From positions 30,072,001-30,136,000 of the forward strand of contig NC_058368.1 of assembly GCF_018350175.1 (NCBI RefSeq): a stretch of 64,000 bases of DNA, given 5' to 3'. Position 1 is the stretch's first letter, and each line of letters opens with the position of its first letter. A model generated the notes under the pieces. That model saw nothing but the letters and a program-made list of their open reading frames with translations. It had not been told where the DNA came from and searched no databases. A program made the translations under genes and the position numbers. Positions 1-12,360 of this stretch are shown here, piece after piece. The stretch is from Felis catus (taxonomy: Eukaryota).

Positions 1-700
1 CAAAACCATAAACCTACAATTCACAGAACAGATAGACCAAATGGATACTAAACAGGAATAAATGGTCATCTCATTAGTAATCATAATGACGCAAATTAAA
101 ACAAAAATAAAATTTAATGTATGTATCGGATCAACACTCAGGGCGGCCAGAATGTGGTGAAAAGGGATTGTCAAACTCTGCTCGTCGATGCAAAGCAATT
201 TTATAATCTTTATCAAGCCTTCAACATGTTTGTACTTTTTTATCTGATAATTTTACTTATAAGAATCCAGCCTAAGGAAATAACAGAAATGAATTTTAAA
301 ATGTACATCTGATGTGGTCTCAATATCAATTATAGTAGAAACAAAAAGAAAATTCCCTAAGTGTCCTACAATAGACTCATAGCTAAACAAATCATGGAAT
401 GTCCATATGATGGAATATTTGGTTGTTGTTAGAATATTTCAATGAATTTCAGTGACTCAGAAAACCGTTCATGATATAATTTTAGTTATAAGAGCAACAG
501 AGTACTTAAAGTGTATATGACAATATATAAATTATGGACTACGTATTATATAAGAATTTAAAAAGTTTGAAAGAAAATAGAACAAAATACTTGCAGTGTA
601 TCCTGAAAACTATTTTGGGGGAGGGCTTGTAAGATTATGAAAAATTTGTGTCTAATTTAGATTTAAGAACTTCGAAGTTTTCTATAGCGCATTGCTTTGT
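1..700 (+). mobile_element. Highly decayed old L1 (L1ME-like) 3' end
   Basis: A-rich strand with remnants such as ctcattagtaatcataatgacgcaaattaaaac and ataagaatccagcctaaggaaataa, resembling the ORF2 C-terminus/3'UTR; no ORF. Confidence 0.55.
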
Positions 701-782
701 GATCAGAAAAAAGCCCTCAGTAGACTCTAAATGGACTATTTCAATCTTATTATTTAACCTATCTACTGCTCTTAGGGAGTTG

Positions 783-785
<3 letters not shown>

Positions 786-870
<85 letters not shown>

Positions 871-936
871 AAAAGAGAAGGTGAGGGAGAAAGGGCAGAG
901 GGAGGGAAGGGGGAAGGAGAGAGAGGGAGAGAGAGA
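786..936. repeat. Compound (GT)n-(GA)n microsatellite grading into a purine-rich tract
   Basis: Seen directly. Confidence 0.95.
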
Positions 937-1234
937 ATTTGGGTACTATAATTCTAGGGAATTTATGTATAAAAAATACTCAAATTCATTTTTGTCAGGA
1001 AGTGGTAGATTAAAACCTACAATAGTGTGTTAACTCTTTCAGGTCACTAAGGGACCAATTAGTGCATTAGGCTAAGGGGTGCTAAATTGTATCCTACTAG
1101 CCTGGAGGAGACCAGGCATGTCTTGCGGCTCTAACTCATATCACCACTGGGAAGTGATTCAAATCTGGGAAGAAGCTGGTTCATTGAATATTAATTGAAT
1201 GGGTGAATAAATGAAGGAAAAGCAAAGAAGAAGC

Positions 1235-1385
1235 TAACAAGCTAACATTTATTGATTATTTTCTATGTGCCAGGGGCTTCTTGCTCATTATTTCATTGAA
1301 TTCTCACGGCAGCCATAGGAGGCCTATGTTATTATTGTCAGCACCATTTTGTAGGGGAGGACGCTGAGTTTATAACCACAGACAC
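1235..1385 (-). mobile_element. MIR remnant
   Basis: gctaacatttattga...tatgtgccagg...catttcattgaattctcac...ccattttgtaggggaggacgctgag resembles the MIR core. Confidence 0.65.
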
Positions 1386-1560
1386 ACAACTACTTTCTTG
1401 CCCATCCTATTGGAAGGTGCTGGCATTGCTCTGAGTTAGTCACTTGCTTCCTGGGGTCAGGAGTACAAAATCCGTCTTGGCCCCCCAGAGCTTGGTTCAG
1501 GTTGACTGACATGAAATACCACAGTTGAAGACATCATTCCTTTTAAGACTGTGGCTTTTC

Positions 1561-1798
1561 TTTTTTATTTATTTTTTATTAAAAATTTTTTTGCAATGTG
1601 TATTTATTTTTGAGAAAGAGAGAGACAGAGCGTGAACGGGGGAGGAGCAGAGAGAGAGAGGGAGACATAGAATCCGAAACAGGCTCCGGGCTCCCAGCTG
1701 TCAGCACAGAGCCTGACGTGGGGCTCGAATCCACGAACTGTGAGAGCGTGACTGAGCCGAAGTTGGACCCTTAACCAGCTGAGCCACCCAGGCGCCCC
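1561..1798 (-). mobile_element. Felid CAN-SINE (tRNA-derived), full length
   Basis: Reverse strand starts ggggcgcctgggtggctcag, has a (CT)n segment and poly(A); TSD gactgtggcttttc (1547-1560) / gacggtggcctttc (1799-1812). Confidence 0.95.
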
Positions 1799-3364
1799 GA
1801 CGGTGGCCTTTCTGAGTATGACATAGGCAGTAGTATCGGAGGGAAGAGGTCCGAGGAAGGGAAAACTCTTTGGGCTGTCCGTCATTGGGACTGAAATCGG
1901 GCTACATGTCAGATTACTCTCTGAGCACTATTTTTAAGTAAAAAAAAGAAAGACGTAAAAAGAGGCAGAGGAGAGCAAAAGATTGCGGGGTACCTCAGGA
2001 GGACAAAGGGAGTACCCCACGACATGGGAGAAGGGATCTGTGGTTACTTCCTACTAATCATCGGTGTCACAAGTGTGCTTAGAAGGCGCTTCTCCTGTAG
2101 TCTCTTCAAGGCGAAAGGCAGGCATTTGCAAGAGTTGTGTGGGCTGCTAGTGCCGGCACAGGCTGTTTTTGTGCCTTGGAGCAAAGGAAATTGGTTCATA
2201 AAGAGGATGTATTCCTCACTCATTTCATTAGCAAGAAGCTGTAGCTCAGTAAGTTGGCTACTACAGGCTTGTAAATGGTTCTGGAAACCGACCCAAGCAA
2301 GCACCATACCGCAGTTGAATCCATTTCTGCGGGGGAGCCTGGGCTAGGGGAAGAGTTGGTTGCTCTGAATATTTCATGTTTCTATTTAGAAGGATTTTTT
2401 TTTCCATCTGAGAGGAAGCACTCTCCTGCTCAGGTGGTGACACGCAGTTTTACATTTCAGACATTTAAAGTTGTGAGTGCAAAGTTCCACAGCCCTATAA
2501 TTTCATCTTTAAAAGGGAGATTTCAAGAAAGGAGATGAAAGTTCGATAAGAAAGCTTTTTATTCTTTGTTTGCTTCCTGGTTGGGGCACACTTATGTTTA
2601 GGCTTCCAAAGAATGAAGGGGGGTAAAGTGTTTCTTTCCATAAAGGAAATCCAAACTAGTGACATCTTTAAACAGATTTACGCCCAAATTACCCACTGTA
2701 AGTCCACAAGCCACATTATAAAAAATCACCCACATGGCCTTTTGTACTGTGATCCATTGTGTGATACCCAAACTCCTGGAGGAGGGAGAAAATAATGATT
2801 AGGCTTAAGCAAAGTGAAAAGATATTTTCTCAGCTGGAAGCTGTTAATACTTTAGCTGATAGAGACTTGGAGAATAACTCCTCTGTTGTGTGTTTAAAAA
2901 ATAAATATACAAGTACCGGAATAATTCACAGGATGAGAAATCACAGGAGGGAGATAACAGCTGAGCATATCTGAGACTGATCGTTTTTCTGCTTATGGGG
3001 ATGTTGCTCTTTTGCCCTAAGTCTTAGACTGTCAGTTCTTCTGGATGTTGTCTCCGGTCCTCTGGGCCTTGCTGTCTTTGAGTAAATACTGTATTGCCAA
3101 CTCAGCCAAGGGGCTTACATTTTCATAGAAGACAGGTAATTATTGGAAACATAGGCAGAGGATTTAGGATTCTAAACCTCCTTCACACTTAAAGAAATCA
3201 AATCTATGTATTTTTCTTATGGTAAAGCAATATATGTTCATGATTAAAAAAAAAACCTGGAGAAATGCAGGAAAGCAAAAAGAAGAATGTGTATAATAAT
3301 CCTACTAATGAGAGATAATCACAGTAATGGAGTATCTCTCTCTCATTTTCAATCCAATAGAAGT

Positions 3365-3365
3365 T

Positions 3366-3419
<54 letters not shown>

Positions 3420-3422
3420 TAT
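3365..3422. repeat. (TG)n-(TA)n microsatellite at the tail of a truncated SINE
   Basis: Seen directly. Confidence 0.9.
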
Positions 3423-3552
3423 GTTTTAATGTTTTTAAATGTTTATTTATTTTTGAGAGAGAGAGAGAGCGTGAGCAGAGGAGGGGCAGAGAGGGAGGGA
3501 GAATTAGAATCTAAAGCAGGCTCCAGGCTCTGAGCTGGCAGCCCAGAGCCCC
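3423..3552 (-). mobile_element. 5'-truncated CAN-SINE
   Basis: tttatttatttttgagagagag...gcaggctccaggctctgagctg...cagagcccc; the tRNA head is absent. Confidence 0.9.
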
Positions 3553-3689
3553 ATTATAGAGGTATATTTTACAAAAAATTTTCCTCACGTAGGACATACA
3601 GGTTTTTTTTTTTTTTATCTTCTTGGTCTCCCCTTCCATCCTTTTCCCTGAGTAATAGCTAAAAGTCTACACTTTGAAATGAGAACCAA

Positions 3690-3845
3690 CAATAGGTAGA
3701 ATTCTGAGTTTGCTACTTACATCTGGGTGACGCAAGTCTCAATTTCCTCCTGTAGTAAATGAAGATGATGATACCCAGTTTGCGGGGTGGTGTGAGGAAC
3801 ATGTGACACATATTAAATGTTCAGTAAATAGGAGCTATTACAATT
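3690..3845 (+). mobile_element. MIR remnant
   Basis: tctcaatttcctcctgtagtaaatgaagatgatgatac...aaatgttcagtaaataggagctatta. Confidence 0.6.
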
Positions 3846-5354
3846 TTTCTTTCTTTCTCCCCTTTTGGACTTCTGCCATATTGGTGTCTTACTCTGTCTT
3901 TTGCAGGGCTCAGCTTCCCCCACTCCCTGCCATACTAGTTTTATTTACAACCGTTCCCAAAGCTTTCTTTGGGTTTTGGCATCCTGTTTCCCAAGCTGCA
4001 GCCTTCTCGAGGCTGAAGGGCGGCAATTTTACCCAGTTAGTTGTGCCACTAGTGGTATCCATTCAGCCTTGAGACAGGACATTGACTTTCACAACCATTA
4101 ATGAAAATTCACTCCCTTACATTTCTCGTGTCACTTGGTAAGTGTGATGTACTTTTCTTGATGGTTCTACCTCCCAGGAATGGACACTTATAACCTTTAG
4201 ATATCCTCAGAGTAACCTTGGCCATATAATGTTTATCCTAATTTTCTGCTTCCTCTGTCTACTGACAAATGTCTTCAGTGTTTGACTAGAAGGGAAACAG
4301 TAGCCACATCTGTTACACGTGCAATCCCATTTGTTCTTCCTCTTCTTCCCCTTCCTCTGGCCATTCCCAAGTGTCCTTGACATGTTTCTTTCTATCAGCA
4401 AGACTGTTCATGTCGCAAGGTCTTTGGATTTCTGTGCATAAACTTCAATCTGTTCTGCTACCATGACCATTATTAGTATATATGATTACAGTTATTTATA
4501 AATCTTGCTAAAAGCTAAATTGTATAGATTCTTGAGTTGTTCCCCATAACATTACTAGAATTCTATGCCATCCAAAAATATGTATTTCTTTAAATTTTTC
4601 CTTGACAGATGAAGGCGTACAGTTTTCCATCAGGATATGATTGCCAGGATCAAAAACATTTCTATTCCTGAAATTATTATTTAAAAAAAAAGGTTAAAAA
4701 AAAGCAGCACTGAAAATGTTTAGTCTGAGTGCTGATTACACTTTATTTTATAGAGTATAAAGGTATAAAGATTGGAGATGTTTTGGAAAAGTCAGAACAA
4801 CCCGGCAGTAGAATGTTTTAATTCCCAAGTTACAGTACATACCGCCATTTCTTTAAATAAGATAAAGAATTCAGCCAATAATAATCAAGTCTTACTTGTC
4901 TGAGAGATGGACCTAAGGATTTAGAGAAGGAGGTCTCTGTCTCTGTGGTAACAACCTTTCAGGAGAGGAGAGTATGGGCAGGAGCAGGGAAGCAGCATAA
5001 GAAGGTTGAGCCCCCATTAAGAACCAGCGCTGCTCTGGGATGTCCTTCTCTTATTTCAGGCTGGAATCTTGACTTTCCCTGGGACAAGAAAGATGGAGAC
5101 ATCTGTCTAGAAACTGGTAAATGGTGGACTGAGGGCTACCATACACAGGCACGTCTACCACCCAATATGTTCACATTCAGGAATGCTGTTTCCTTGGGTT
5201 CAGCAGTGGGCAACCTGTGAAGAATGGGCAGTCAGGTGTACTTCTTTTTCTCTTTCTTTGCTTGCTGTGCCCAGTAAGTAGAGCTACTTCCTTGTCCAAG
5301 GGTCCATCCACCAATGGAATGCTTCGTTTGGTGAATGGGCCTGGGAAGATTAAG

Positions 5355-5870
5355 AAAAATTTTTTATGATGGGAAAATTTTGGACATCTGCAACATTTGA
5401 GAGAATAGTAAATTGACACTGTGAACCACGACACAACTTTGGCATTTTTCAGCAGTTTTCCAATTTTGTTTCCTCTTTTGCCCTACCACTTACCTTCCAT
5501 GCCTTTCTTGTAACTACAGCATTCTAAAGCAAATCTCAGAGAGGACATTCTACAAATGCTTCAGTAGATATCTCTAAAAGATAAGGATAGGAAAAATAAC
5601 ATCATCACAGTACCATTCATACCTAACAAAATTAGTAGTAATTCTTTAATGTCATCTAACGTCTATTCCATGTTTAAATCTTCCTGATGGTCTAAGAAGT
5701 CCATTGGTTTGTTCAAATCAGAATCTAATCAAGGCCTACACATTGCATTTAATTGTTAGTTCTCATAAAACTCTTTAATTTCCACGGCTCTCCCTTCCTT
5801 ATACCCTATTTTCATGCCATTTCATGCCATTTCGTGCCATTTCATGATCCAGAAACTGGATCAGTATTTT
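5355..5870 (-). mobile_element. Old L1 (L1MC4/5-like) 3'UTR fragment
   Basis: tctaaagcaaatctcaga...cttcagtagatatctctaaaagataagg...tttgttcaaatcagaatctaatcaaggcctacacattgcattt resembles an antisense L1MC 3' end. Confidence 0.65.
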
Positions 5871-7149
5871 CTTTGGAATCAGGGAAGAATTTGGATAAGC
5901 TATTTCTTTAGGTCTTAAGATTTAGGGAGCTAACTTAGAGGTCATGTGGAACAATATAGCAGGGTGTCTGCAGGCACAGTAATGTCATCCATCATGGTGG
6001 GACGGTGGTGATGACGGAGTGACTGATGGGACACGTGGGAGTGGCTCCAGGTACAAGATATGGAAGGTTGAGAACCACTCTGATGCAGAGAAGCTTAAAT
6101 GGCAGTCTAGCAGAACAGCTGCCTTGCCAATGACCTCATTGATCATACTTATGTTCTTTTAAGAACCTTATCCTGGACCCAGAGGCCATAGGATCTGTGA
6201 ACTTGGACTTCATGTGTTTTTCTCAGTACAGACGGTACTCTCCCCCAGCCGCTTTGGCTAGCTGGATTCTGTTGCTAATGCGTCACTTCTTCCATCTTTA
6301 GATGGCCTTAGTGATTCTAGTCAGTACAATGAAAATAGTTATTCACACGCCTACTGTGCGCCCTGCAGAAGAGCAGGGGTGTAGAATGCCATTTGTAAGG
6401 TGTCCCCTTTCAATCTCAAATTCAAACATGCTTGCTTTTTGGTTTGTAAAAGCTGCTTAGTTGATTCTTTGGGCTTTGAAACCACACGGTACTGATGGGA
6501 ACTGAAAAAGAAAAATGAATTCTTTCTTGACGTGACCTCTGGGTTAATCTCAGCCATTCTGCTATCCTTCGGGCTCTAACTAGGTAGGAATGTGGAGACA
6601 TGACAGTAGAGCCCTGGATTCCTTCATGGTCCACACCCATGTGGGCTGATCAGTATGTCTTATACATTCTTTATGATTTCCCAGAATAGCATGCTGCTTT
6701 CTCTTTTGGAGATGTGCTCCTTCTCCACCTCCATTGAAACCTCCCTAAGGTTCAGTTAAGACAACAACTCCATGAGGTCTTTCTTGAGCTTTCCAGCCAG
6801 GTATTTGTTCCTCATCTTTTTTAAAGTGCTAGAATTCAGTGGATCTGCTATAACTAGAATTGGTACAGACACCAGAGCACTCCTTCGTCCTCTTTCTTCT
6901 AATCTCCTCTCAAGACTGTAGCCAGGTGTCTGACCAAAGAAAAAGGGACGCATCTCCAACAAAGAAGCAAAACCAATCGGTGGTGGTAAATACTTGGAAA
7001 GTCCTTCTTTTTTTTTTTTTTTTTTTTAAGTTATTAATCGCCTGTGCCTTTTTAGTGAGTGGAAACTTCAGTCCTGCTCCGTGAACAGTTTTGTTTGTCT
7101 CAGTGTTTTTTGCATTCAGGGGTCACGCTAAATGTAGAGGGTACATAGA

Positions 7150-7378
7150 ATAACAATAGCTAACATTTGGATAATGCTTATGAGAGAGCAGGTTCTGTTC
7201 TAAGCACCTTATAGTTTTTATTCGCTTAATCCTCGGAACAATGCTATGAGGCTGACACTATTACTGCCTCCATTTTATTTTCAGAGAAACAGAGGCCTTA
7301 TGAGGTTAAGTAAGTCATCAAGGTTACACAAGCTTTGGAAGTGACAGAGCTGGGGTATGAACCAAGGCAATGTGGCTC
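7150..7378 (-). mobile_element. MIR SINE
   Basis: aatagctaacattt...ctgttctaagcacctta...cttaatcctcggaacaa...gagaaacagaggc...gaggttaagtaa...aaggttacaca. Confidence 0.85.
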
Positions 7379-7635
7379 AAAGGAAAATAAGACCCAGTCC
7401 TTTGGTCCTCAGGTGTTTACAGTCTGAGGGTTCTAACAAAGGGGGCAAATGTGATTCTCTCCCAGTCTTAGGATTTCAGACACATCCCACAGAACTGGAG
7501 GTAACCAACAACAGGGTGGACTCTTAGATAAGGCCACAGCTGAGACCGGTGTTGAGAGTGGTTGTCCTGCCATGCACCCGGAAGGCAGGCAGTTGTAGGT
7601 AGGGGCTGAACTGAGCTCCCTGTTAAACCGTAAAG

Positions 7636-7654
7636 CCTCCTGCAGAGGGCGTTA
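7636..7654 (+). promoter_or_regulatory. Candidate CTCF motif
   Basis: CCTCCTGCAGAGGGCGTTA vs core CCAGCAGAGGGCGC; motif match only. Confidence 0.4.
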
Positions 7655-8734
7655 TTGGGTGCTGTCCTTCAGAAGTGACTGGGAGCATCAGCTATATATG
7701 GAGGCTGGTCTTTCTCTGAGGAATTCACCTTTTATTCTCGTTCATTACCATCAGTGAATCTAATTGCAGGATGCCATTTTGTGTGGTGTGGACTGACTGG
7801 CTATTAACGACTATTCTGAGGAGACCTTACTATTTTACCATTTGAATATTTCTTTAGAATTTCCTCACAAAACAACAGATTATATGGCAGCCATGAAACC
7901 CTGCTGAACTGAAACCACGTGGAATCGTAGCCAAATGTTGGGATGGCATAGCAGTCCCCACAGAATTTCTCTGGGGATTTGGGAATGTTCAGAGTAACCC
8001 TCTATCTTAAATACTGTGTTTTTTAGCCAAATGGGTTTTCTGAGAAAGAAGAGGTTTTAAGGGCTTCTCTGGAGATAAATGAGCATATAATCATCTGCTC
8101 TAGAGGGAAATGGTTCCAAATCTTGGCATAAATCTGAGAAGTTGTTGCCTTAGAAACAACTAATGTTGTGTAACTCTCTTCCCTGGACAACCATTTAGGG
8201 TCTCTATAATTTGCTCGCTTCTACCCACGGTTTTTAAACCTTTAACCCCAGGTGAGAAATCTTAATCTCCTTCTCCAGTGCGGATGATAACAAACAACCT
8301 TTCTCTCTTCCCCAGACATTAAACATTTGGTGGGGACCTATCTCCTTCTTCTTGAGGGGGATTCTGTTAAGGTGGTGGAGAAAAATCCACAGTGATAGGG
8401 CCATTGGGAGTTTGATGACATCTGATCTGGGTTGCTCAGGACTGAGAAATTTCCTGGATTGCAGGATTTTCACTGTTAAAACCAGAATGGCTGTTCACCA
8501 TAGTAGTGGCATGGGCAGTGCTCTAAGGGAGGATGCCCAGCTCTTTGGCCTCTGGGCTCTGGACAGCTCCAAGTTCCTCCCCTAGCATCATCAGTGGAGG
8601 GCCGTTCAGAGCATGGTCCCTACTGAATTGTCTGGTGATTGCTCTTTCAAAGATTCTCTCACAGCAGTTACATTAGAGAAACTGCTGGAAATATTACACA
8701 CAGCCAGATTCAGTTCAGCTCGTTCAATTTTACT

Positions 8735-9240
8735 CAATTTATCAAGCCTACATGGAGTTTCTATAAATACTATACTAGAGGCAGGGGATACAAAGATGAA
8801 CAAGGCTCAGCTCTGCTCCCTAGGGACTCTGTCTAATGGGAGAGATGAAGGTGTAAGCAAAGAGACACATTTCAGTGTGATGGGTGCTGTGCCAGAAGTG
8901 GCAGCCAAGACATGGGGAGGGGCATTGTTAGAGTAGTTCACTATGTGAGGAGGTCAAGAAAGCCTTCCCAGAGGAGGTAATACTTCAGTGGAGAGTTGGA
9001 GGATGAGTAGGCATTTACCAGCCGGACAGTAGGGAAGAGCACTTCAGGCAGAAGCAAGAACATAGAGCAAAAGCACAGAGAAAAGAAATGATCTGTTGAG
9101 TAGAAACTTCATGGTACATTTAGGGAACAGCAGGTCTGGCTGGAACACAGTGTTTGAAATAGAAGGAATGGTAGAAGAGGAGCCTGGAGGCAAGGAGCAA
9201 GACATAGACCATGAATGGCATTGTAGGCAATTATAGTAAT
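8735..9240 (+). mobile_element. L2 3' remnant (strand given as read)
   Basis: aatttatcaagcctac...gaggcaggggatacaaagatgaacaag...gaggtcaagaaagccttcccagaggaggtaa...ttcaggcagaagcaagaacatagagcaaaagcacagag. Confidence 0.65.
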
Positions 9241-9329
9241 CACATGTCCGTCTCCTTTCCCACTTCGCTGTTTTTGTTTTTGTTTTTGTTTTTTTTCCCA
9301 GATGATCCATTCTCCCCCACATAGCCATT

Positions 9330-9690
9330 GGCTTCTTTGAGCTAATCACAATGATCTCATTTCTCTTGGCAGTGGCTTGTTTAACGTTTGAACTGAGACA
9401 AAAGTCTGGCCTAAGAGATGTGAGATGTGTTGAGAGCTCTGTAGGAAGAGAAGCCTTCTTCTCCTGCTGGAAGTTGTCATGTCTGCATGTTTGGCAGCCA
9501 TCTTGTGAGCCTGAGGATAGCTGGCTTGAAGACCAGCTGACCTGCTGAGGAGTTAGGTCAGAAAGATAGGAAGTGCCTCGGGCCTCAGAGTCACTTTCCC
9601 TTAGGACATTTTGTTATATGGGATACATTTTACTTATTGTTCTAGCCATTTTGAATTGAGATTTCTGTTACTGGTGGCTGAAAGCCTTTA
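9330..9690 (+). mobile_element. Old MLT1 (MaLR) LTR fragment
   Basis: ggcagccatcttgtgagcctgagg...tagccattttgaattgagatttctgttactggtggctgaaagcc. Confidence 0.5.
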
Positions 9691-11729
9691 GTGACGTGGT
9701 AAAACACACTAAAAAGTTGAAGCTTTTGGCAACAGGAGAAATGATGTAATATTATGAGTTTTGTTTTAGGATATTGACTCCTATCTGCCAGTAGCCATAA
9801 TCCCTGCCTTTAAATCCTAGATACAGAAACACATTCATTCATCTAGTATTTTTTGAAACTTATGCAAAGTACAATTCTACATGCTGTAGATACAATGTCA
9901 AATGAGATATGCTATGTACTCTTGGGGGCATTTGCAACCCCTTAGTGGAGACTGGCAATTGAATCAACTTCACGGTGTAATGTGGCCAAGTGCTGTGGTA
10001 AAGTTACACCCAGGATATTGTAGTGGTGTTGTAGGGCTCCTAAATCAGTCTGATAAATCATAGAGTGCTTATCAAGGAGGTGATGCTTGTGCAGAACCGG
10101 CTGAAGACCCCTGAAGCAGTAACTAGCCATCCAGAGAGCTGCATGTAGGTCCAGATGTATCCACATCTCTGTCCTTCTGTTTCTGCTGGGGTCCCTCTGA
10201 CTTCAACCCATTTCTGGGTGCCAGAGACCTAGTCTTATATTTGCCGTGACTCATCTCTTCTAGGTTTAGTCTCTTGCTTCTGTCTCTTGAATTGGCCGGT
10301 TCATCTATTCTAACTTACCTTTTGGTTGATTATATGTTTCCAACTTCCAGAGTCTTTCTGTGTATGTGTTCATATATTCTTGACTTCACAGATTTTGGTT
10401 TTTGCCTGCTGTTTCTGAACATTTTCTTGCTGAAGAGGCACCTGGCTCATGTTGAACCTGTCTGACTTTTTCCTACCCTTAACCCTCAAATGGTCTCCAT
10501 ATGTGGGCTGAGATATTAGCTCCCAGGACATATGAATTCAATGTACTTATAATAATGACTGTGAGCCTCACCATGTTGTCATTTTGAGACTGATATAAAA
10601 GGTCATATTGGTTTAGAAAACTTTTGGGTAAAAATTAGGTGGAAAATAATTTTCCTTTTCCTTTTGGCATCGTTTTATTTTGATGAGGGTAGGTCTGAAG
10701 ACTTTTCAAATGAGAAACTATATGCACAGCAGTATAACTTTTTTATTTGCTACAATTATTTGTCTTATGAATGATGTTGCTTTCGTGTGGGAAGAGTATT
10801 AACAACTCTTTTAACATTATGTGAAAGGCCTTTCTCCAGAGGGTGAAAACCAAAGATGGTTCTCTGGCTTATGTAACCTTCCTAAGAATTGATTAAGTGC
10901 ATCAGCCCCAGAGGGGTAGGGTATTTGGAAAGGTAGAATGGGTTTCCTAATGGTTTCTTGTAGGTTCAAAACAGCTTACTGTTTACTTTCTAAGGTCACT
11001 GAGGTTGAAATTCAGTAGGTAGAAAGTGTTTAAGTAAAGAGCAGAGATAATATTACTTTTCAAAAATTAGAGATACCACATATTTTCTTTCAGATATTAG
11101 ATATATTTTCAAGAACTCCATTGAACTTAGAAAAACAATATAGCTCAGTATAAAGAAATCGAGCAACAGAAAAAGATACAAAGAGGAAAAAAAAAGTCAC
11201 TCCAAATCCTACTACACAGAAATAACCATTGCTAACATCACTGCAAACATTATCCTCAGCATCTCCTTCGGATGAGATTGCTCCTATTCAGAATGCATGG
11301 TTTAAGGTCTTCTATTATTTCCATTTCCTGATTGCATTAATGACAGGAAAGGTTTCTTTTCCCTAACATTTTTATTATTAGTTTTGGTTACCCATGGGTT
11401 TTGCATGGATAGTGGCATTAAATGACCCTTACTGTGCCATCTTTGACCAAAGTACATATTTCTTCCAACTGGAAAAAACTCATATGAAAGAGGCTTAAGT
11501 GTGAGATGAAAATGTGTGGCTTCAGAGCTTTGAGTTACTGATCTCCATGGCTTATACTACTCAGTTCCCTCCCAGGACTCCCATTTTGGGGAGCCATTTA
11601 TTCATCATCAGATATTATTGATATTCATAATTCATAATTGCATGGAACCACACAAATCCTAGTAAGAGACATAAAAATATGACACACTTTATTGCTTTCT
11701 AAGACATAATTCAGCAACAAAGGGAAGTC

Positions 11730-12360
11730 ATCCATTCATTCATTTTACTAATCATTTATGGAGCACCGGACATCTGGCACTGGGTCAGATGCTAGAGACA
11801 GAAAGACAATAGATAAAGATGTAGTCTCTGTCCCCAAAGGAGTTCATAGTCCAGTAGGGAAAATAAACACATTGACAAATACTAATCGCATCATATGACA
11901 TGTGCCTCTGATATGTAAGTAAACAACAATAACAAGAGATCATACCTGTCAACTAGTTTATGAGAAATACAGTTAGTCCTTGAGCATGACTTAGGAAGGA
12001 AAGAGTGATCCCATCTTGAGGTCTTCAGGGAGCAGAAGTATTTGAGCTGGTCCCTAATGGATTTGCAGTCTTTTAAATTGGCAGGGATGGGTGAAGATAG
12101 TGTTCACAGAGGAGGCAAGGCCACAAGCAAACCAGAGCACAGAGATGGGCAAGAGGGGTGAGAAACGGGGCAATTTAAGTCATGCAGCCACTGGAGCTGA
12201 GTGTTCCTTTCTGGCAGTTGGAAGGATATGGCTTGCAAGGTAAGTTAGGGTGAGGTGGGTGACGCAGAGTTCTGTGTCTTATTCTTTGTACAGTGGGAGG
12301 TGACTCCAGGTTGCAGTGAGGGAGTGACGTGATCAAAGCAAGGTTTTGGTGGATTAATCC
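11730..12360 (+). mobile_element. L2 remnant (strand given as read)
   Basis: cattcattcatt...atttatggagcacc...ggcactgggtcagatgctagagaca...ggagttcatagtccagtaggga...gggagtgacgtgatcaaag. Confidence 0.6.

Noticed and set aside
2024..2538. Several overlapping 60-107 aa ORFs in unique sequence
   Set aside because: No recognisable protein similarity, no convincing splice-site pair, ORFs on both strands
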